From Bdellovibrionota bacterium (GTDB lineage Bacteria; Bdellovibrionota_C; UBA2361; OMII01): DNA of 64,000 bases. The position numbers were made by a program, and so were the translations under genes. Where the stretch lies: contig JBIKWQ010000004.1 of NCBI GenBank assembly GCA_044356215.1, positions 16,205-80,204 on the forward strand. Reading direction: 5' to 3'. Of the stretch, positions 59,545 through 64,000 are shown piece by piece (position 1 is the first letter of the stretch; each line of letters starts with the position of its first letter). The notes under the pieces were generated by a model. That model did not search any database and was not told where the DNA came from. It was given only the letters and a program-made list of their open reading frames with translations.

Positions 59545-61119
59545 ATGCCAAATGATTTAGGGGATCCTAAGACCTCTTCCGGCATTGCAATAAAGAGTTG
59601 TTACTCAAGATCGGATTGTCCCAGCTCAACGACAGGGGATAGGCCTGGGGTTTTCCCCTATACCCGCGGCATCCACCCCAGCATGTATCGGGGTAAATTA
59701 TGGACGATGCGTCAGTACGCGGGGTTTGGCAGCGCCGATGACACTAATGCTCGGTACCACTTCCTTCTAAAGCAAGGTATCACCGGTCTAAGTGTAGCGT
59801 TTGATCTGCCGACTCAGATGGGCCGTGACCCAGATCACGCATTGGCGCGGGGGGAGGTGGGAAGAGTTGGTGTCTCAGTTCCGACAGTTGAGGTAATGGA
59901 ACGTCTATTTAAAGGGATTCCGCTGGAGCAGGTCTCTGTTTCGATGACGATAAACGCCACCGCAGGGATCTTGCTAGCGTTTTTGTTGGTAGTTGCTGAA
60001 CGGCGCGGAGTGAGTTGGGGAGCTTTAAGAGGTACGATACAGAACGACCTCTTAAAAGAGTACATGGCTCGTGGAACCTATATCTATCCACCAAAACCTG
60101 CGATGCGCATAGTCACCGACATATTCTCGTTCTGTAAGACTAAGGTTCCGCAATGGAACACGATCAGTGTCTCTGGTTATCACATTCGAGAGGCTGGTAG
60201 TACGGCGGTAGAGGAATTGGCTTTCACTATCGCTGATGGATTAGCGTACTTGAAAGCAGCGGCAGAGAGAGGTTTGTCGGTTGATGATGTTGCGCCGAGG
60301 ATGGCGTTCTTCTTTAATTGCCACAACAATTTCTTTGAGGAGATCGCGAAATTTAGAGCCGCTCGTAGATTGTGGGCGACCTTGGTAAAGGAGCGCTTTA
60401 ACCCACGCGATGAAAAATCACTTCTCCTCCGTTTTCACACTCAAACCGCGGGAAGCTCATTAACTGCTCAGCAGCCTCACAATAACATAATCAGAACGAC
60501 AATTCAGGCTCTGGCAGCAGTTTTAGGGGGAACTCAGTCTCTGCACACAAACGGATTCGATGAAGCTTTAGGGCTCCCAACTGAGGAAAGCGCTCGTCTG
60601 GCTCTTCGAACGCAGCAGATAATAGCCGATGAATCTGGAATAGCGCTCTCAGCGGATCCATTGGGCGGGAGCTATCTGGTTGAGTCCCTAACAGATGAGT
60701 TAGAGAAGCAGGCTCGAGCCAGGATAGAAAAGATCGATGCCATGGGGGGCATGCTTGAGGCTATTGAGCAGCGCTACCCGCAGGGTGAGATAGAGAACTC
60801 AGCCTACGAGGCTCAAAGAGCGGTAGAGAGCGGGGTAGCTCGCGTTGTCGGGGTGAATATCAATTGCGAAGACGAACAAACGGTTCCGCCGATTCTTACT
60901 ATAGACAGGAAAGTGGAGAGCCAGGAACAATCGGCGCTTGAGGCCTTCAAGCGTGGGCGCAATATGGCTGCGGTAAATCATAGCCTAGCCGCCCTTAAGG
61001 TCGTAGCCGAGGGCGAAGGTCTAGGACTCATGGAGGCGATGGTTGAGTGCGTCCGCAGGTCGTGCACCCTTGGTGAGATCTCTGATACCTTGCGGGAGGT
61101 TTTTGGGGAGTATCATTAG
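59545..61119 (+). CDS. Methylmalonyl-CoA mutase, catalytic subunit only (no B12-binding domain)
   Basis: [51 protein letters not shown]; no DxHxxG motif. Confidence 0.93.
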   Translation: MPNDLGDPKTSSGIAIKSCYSRSDCPSSTTGDRPGVFPYTRGIHPSMYRGKLWTMRQYAGFGSADDTNARYHFLLKQGITGLSVAFDLPTQMGRDPDHALARGEVGRVGVSVPTVEVMERLFKGIPLEQVSVSMTINATAGILLAFLLVVAERRGVSWGALRGTIQNDLLKEYMARGTYIYPPKPAMRIVTDIFSFCKTKVPQWNTISVSGYHIREAGSTAVEELAFTIADGLAYLKAAAERGLSVDDVAPRMAFFFNCHNNFFEEIAKFRAARRLWATLVKERFNPRDEKSLLLRFHTQTAGSSLTAQQPHNNIIRTTIQALAAVLGGTQSLHTNGFDEALGLPTEESARLALRTQQIIADESGIALSADPLGGSYLVESLTDELEKQARARIEKIDAMGGMLEAIEQRYPQGEIENSAYEAQRAVESGVARVVGVNINCEDEQTVPPILTIDRKVESQEQSALEAFKRGRNMAAVNHSLAALKVVAEGEGLGLMEAMVECVRRSCTLGEISDTLREVFGEYH

Positions 61120-61244
61120 GTTGGGAGTCTATAACCCCCAGATTACAGTTGCCCTTAACCGCTGGGTTGGTCTATAACCCTCCCGGCCCCGTTCCGGATT
61201 GTTGTGGCGGAGTTAGAGCGGGTATTTTAGGTACTGGAGTTTTT

Positions 61245-61661
61245 ATGAAGAAGAAAGATCTGGATCAACTAAATAAGATTCTAGAGGACGAGAAGCGTCG
61301 CATACTTCGCCACCTAGAAGATATTAGTGATACATCTGTCTCTGATCTAGATACACCTTCCGGTGATTCTGTCGATATCGCGGCGCTAGAGATAAATCAG
61401 AATTCCTTAGTAAAAGTGGGTAAGCGCGAGTTAAACCACCTGAAGAAGATCGATGTGGCGCTCGCGAAAATGGCCGATGGTACGTACGGTGAGTGCGAGA
61501 GCTGCGGTGAGCAGATAGCGGTCGCGAGACTTTTAGCGAGGCCGGTAGCTCAATTATGTATCGATTGTAAGACAGCCCAGGAGAACGAAGAGCGTAAGTA
61601 CACAGACCGCTCTAGCGACGAAGAGTCCGATTCGATCTCGGAGGATGGAGAGGAGCTGTAA
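61245..61661 (+). CDS. DksA/TraR family C4 zinc-finger protein
   Basis: DSVDIA coiled-coil tip, YGECESCG...RLLARP..LCIDCK; GGAG SD before ATG 61245. Confidence 0.9.
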   Translation: MKKKDLDQLNKILEDEKRRILRHLEDISDTSVSDLDTPSGDSVDIAALEINQNSLVKVGKRELNHLKKIDVALAKMADGTYGECESCGEQIAVARLLARPVAQLCIDCKTAQENEERKYTDRSSDEESDSISEDGEEL

Positions 61662-61670
61662 CTACACTCC

Positions 61671-62654
61671 ATGACTCCGGATACATCTCCCCGAGTTTCA
61701 CTTGATGCTCTAAAAAAAGTTGTAAGCCAAGCGCATGCCGAGCGCGAAACGATTTGTTTCGCGCCAGCAAAGATTAACCTGAGGCTGAAGGTCACCGGTC
61801 GACGAGATGACGGTTATCACCTTTTGAGTATGCTCAATGTCTCAGCTTCGCTGGGAGATACTGTAAAGCTCAGATTTCAGAGGGAGCCTGGAGTAGGACT
61901 AGAGATCTATCCAGCAGGCGCGATTCCTGGCGCTACAGCCGATAATTTAATATGCAAGGCTTGGAATAACTTTTGGCATGAGTTCTCGCAGGATGGAGCT
62001 CCGTGTGGATTAAGCGTCAAACTAGATAAGAGAATTCCGATCGGCGGCGGTCTTGGCGGTGGAAGCAGTGATGCTGGAGCGGTCTTGAGGTTCCTGCGAG
62101 ATGTTTTCGGCCCCGACATTCAGAAAACTTTAGGAATTTCCCCGGAGCTCTTTGAGCGGAGAATGAGTCAGGTCGCGTTAAAAGTTGGTGCGGATGTGCC
62201 GTACGCGTATCGTGGAGGAACGTGTTTAGTCGGCGGAATAGGGGAACTTATTACTGAAGTTGTAGCCGACAGATCCTCATGCAACGGGGTTTTTATTGTA
62301 ATGCCGCAGGTTTCTGTTCCGACCGTTGAGTTCTACTCTTTCTTCAGGAAGGCGCGGCCTATTGTGGAATCGTCAAGCGACCTGGTTATGGAGGAGCTCG
62401 CGCGAGGTGAAAGGAGATGGTCTTTTAGTGAGCTGATAGAGAACGACTTTGAGCCGGAGATCGTCCGATTCAGGCCGGAAGTTGGGGAAGCGCTCAATCT
62501 CGCGAGAGAATTCTATCCGCGCGCTTCATCAATTACTGGCTCAGGGGCCGCCATTTTTAGTGTCATTCAGAGAGAAGATGAGGCGGTAGCTGAGCGATTT
62601 GAGAGCGCCATGACGCGGAATGGGATGATGGTTCATAGAGTATCTCTATTTTAG
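61671..62654 (+). CDS. ispE: 4-diphosphocytidyl-2-C-methyl-D-erythritol kinase
   Basis: APAKINL, KRIPIGGGLGGGSSDA, GADVP, GSG; ispE-tRNA-Gln-prs synteny. Confidence 0.93.
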   Translation: MTPDTSPRVSLDALKKVVSQAHAERETICFAPAKINLRLKVTGRRDDGYHLLSMLNVSASLGDTVKLRFQREPGVGLEIYPAGAIPGATADNLICKAWNNFWHEFSQDGAPCGLSVKLDKRIPIGGGLGGGSSDAGAVLRFLRDVFGPDIQKTLGISPELFERRMSQVALKVGADVPYAYRGGTCLVGGIGELITEVVADRSSCNGVFIVMPQVSVPTVEFYSFFRKARPIVESSSDLVMEELARGERRWSFSELIENDFEPEIVRFRPEVGEALNLAREFYPRASSITGSGAAIFSVIQREDEAVAERFESAMTRNGMMVHRVSLF

Positions 62655-62709
62655 CAGAAGCGGATCTTGCCAAAAACGGATAAGTGTTTTACTCAAAGAG
62701 CTCAAGTAT

Positions 62710-62784
62710 TGCCCGGTAGCCAAGTGGTAAGGCAGCGGATTTTGATTCCGCCATACGCAGGTTCGACCCCTGCCCGGGCAACCA
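62710..62784 (+). tRNA. tRNA-Gln (anticodon TTG), CCA encoded
   Basis: TGCCCGG/CCGGGCA acceptor, GCGGA-TT TTG AT-TCCGC anticodon arm, GCAGG-TTCGACC-CCTGC T arm. Confidence 0.96.
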
Positions 62785-62902
62785 TTTGAACAAAGCTCGC
62801 TGGAGATATCAAAGTAGCTGACGTTTCTTCATCGGGTAGTCGACTCGTTGCTGGTTCCGTTGTAGACTGCCGGTCGCCTTCACCGTGACCAAAGGAGATC
62901 GT

Positions 62903-63844
62903 GTGACCAGACCACTTCTTGTTTTCTCCGGCAGATCAAATCCTGAATTCGCCAAATCAGTTTGTGACACCCTAACGATCCCACTCGGGTCGATGGAATC
63001 AACGCAGTTCGCCGATGGGGAGCTCTCCGTAGAGATAGGCGATAACGTTCGTGGCGGTGATGTTTTTGTTGTTCAGAGTACTTGCTCGCCAGCCAACGAT
63101 CGCTTGATGGAGCTGCTGATAATTATTGACGCGCTAAAGCGATCCTCCGCGGGGCGAATAACCGCGGCGATTCCGTACTTTGGTTACGCAAGGCAGGATC
63201 GTAAAGTTAAACCGAGAGTTCCAATTACCGCCAAATTAGTGGCTGATATGATCACTACAGCCGGAGCTGATCGAGTCCTGACAATGGATCTGCATGCCGG
63301 TCAACTAATGGGATTCTTTAATATACCGGTAGACAATCTTTTCGCGATGCCAGTGTTGCTGCCGTTTCTCGCCAACAAATATGGGACCGACGGTGTTACT
63401 ATAGTAGCTCCTGATGTGGGAGGAGTGGAAAGAGCCAGACTCTTCGCTACGCGATTGAATAACGCGCCCATTGCCGTGATCGATAAGCGTCGCTCGGGGC
63501 CAAACATGGTCGCTTCGATGAACGTTGTGGGAGATGTAGCTGGCCAGGTTTGTCTGATCGTCGACGACATGGTTGATACGGGAGGTACCCTAATCAAGGC
63601 TGCCGATACGCTTTTGGAGAAAGGGGCAAAGAGGGTCGCGGCGTGCTGCGTACACGCGGTTCTCTCTGGCGATGCGCGAAAGAGGCTTAATAACAGCAGT
63701 ATTTCGGAGGTAATTGTTACTGACACGATTCCTCAGGAAACACCGCCAGGGGACAAGATAACGGTATTGTCCGTGGCCCCGCTATTCGCCGAGGCCATCC
63801 GCAGAATTCACTCGGACGATTCGATTAGTAGTCTTTTTAGGTAG
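62903..63844 (+). CDS. prs: Ribose-phosphate pyrophosphokinase
   Basis: FADGE, PYFGYARQDRK, DLHAGQ, VDDMVDTGGT; GTG 62903 follows AAGGAG. Confidence 0.98.
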   Translation: MTRPLLVFSGRSNPEFAKSVCDTLTIPLGSMESTQFADGELSVEIGDNVRGGDVFVVQSTCSPANDRLMELLIIIDALKRSSAGRITAAIPYFGYARQDRKVKPRVPITAKLVADMITTAGADRVLTMDLHAGQLMGFFNIPVDNLFAMPVLLPFLANKYGTDGVTIVAPDVGGVERARLFATRLNNAPIAVIDKRRSGPNMVASMNVVGDVAGQVCLIVDDMVDTGGTLIKAADTLLEKGAKRVAACCVHAVLSGDARKRLNNSSISEVIVTDTIPQETPPGDKITVLSVAPLFAEAIRRIHSDDSISSLFR

Positions 63845-63883
63845 TTACAATATATTCATCATATAGGAAGCATAAGACGCAGA

Positions 63884-63940
63884 TACCAAAAACACTGCGG
63901 CGCCCTATCCGAATCTTAGGGCGTCGCAGTGTTTTTGGTA
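63884..63940. terminator. Long hairpin after prs (bidirectional terminator-like)
   Basis: 24-bp stem TACCAAAAACACTGCGGCGCCCTA/TAGGGCGTCGCAGTGTTTTTGGTA with one G-U pair. Confidence 0.75.
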
Positions 63941-63973
63941 AGTTACGGAGACAATTAGTAAAATATTTTTTAC

Positions 63974-64000
63974 CACAGAGGACGCAGAGGACACAGAGAA
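63974..64000 (+). repeat. 9-bp tandem repeat (CRCAGAGRA) running to the window edge
   Basis: CACAGAGGA CGCAGAGGA CACAGAGAA. Confidence 0.6.

Noticed and set aside
61127..61180. GTCTATAACCC direct repeat upstream of the dksA-like gene
   Set aside because: Only 11 bp in two copies; the second is plausibly just the -10 element of a TTGCCC-N18-TATAAC promoter
62658..62669. AAGCGGATCTTG shared with the MITE interior
   Set aside because: An isolated 12-mer with no flanking similarity, compatible with chance

Overview
Bacterial chromosomal window. Gene order and protein style suggest a Gram-negative, deltaproteobacteria-like lineage, but the taxonomy is inference only. 1-15.4 kb holds the str-S10-spc ribosomal cluster (rpsG 3' end, fusA, tuf, rpsJ to rplO, secY, adk). 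rpsN is absent from its usual slot and the alpha operon is not attached. 15.4-23.7 kb holds accessory genes and tRNA-Arg(UCG). 23.7-41.7 kb is a mixed-orientation Wzx/Wzy-type polysaccharide locus, interleaved with a YjgN/M48 pair, a Phd-PIN toxin-antitoxin pair, a palindromic MITE-like element, a direct-repeat-flanked ATPase cassette and a pectate-lyase-like gene. 42-64 kb holds glmS, a partial dcw cluster (mraZ-rsmH-ftsL-ftsI), an XRE/solute-binding-domain fusion, a fadB/fadJ-like gene, acyl-CoA carboxylase and methylmalonyl-CoA mutase genes, dksA-like, ispE, tRNA-Gln and prs. Most notable: (1) a recombinase-less 1.46-kb ATPase cassette flanked by perfect 72-bp direct repeats that duplicate the joined 3' ends of two convergent genes; (2) an EF-Tu with a non-canonical, Planctomycete-like switch I segment; (3) several families of non-coding palindromic repeats; (4) an unannotated 40-aa signal-peptide ORF divergent from a membrane-protein gene split by one in-frame TGA. 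All family assignments are from motif recognition, not database searches.
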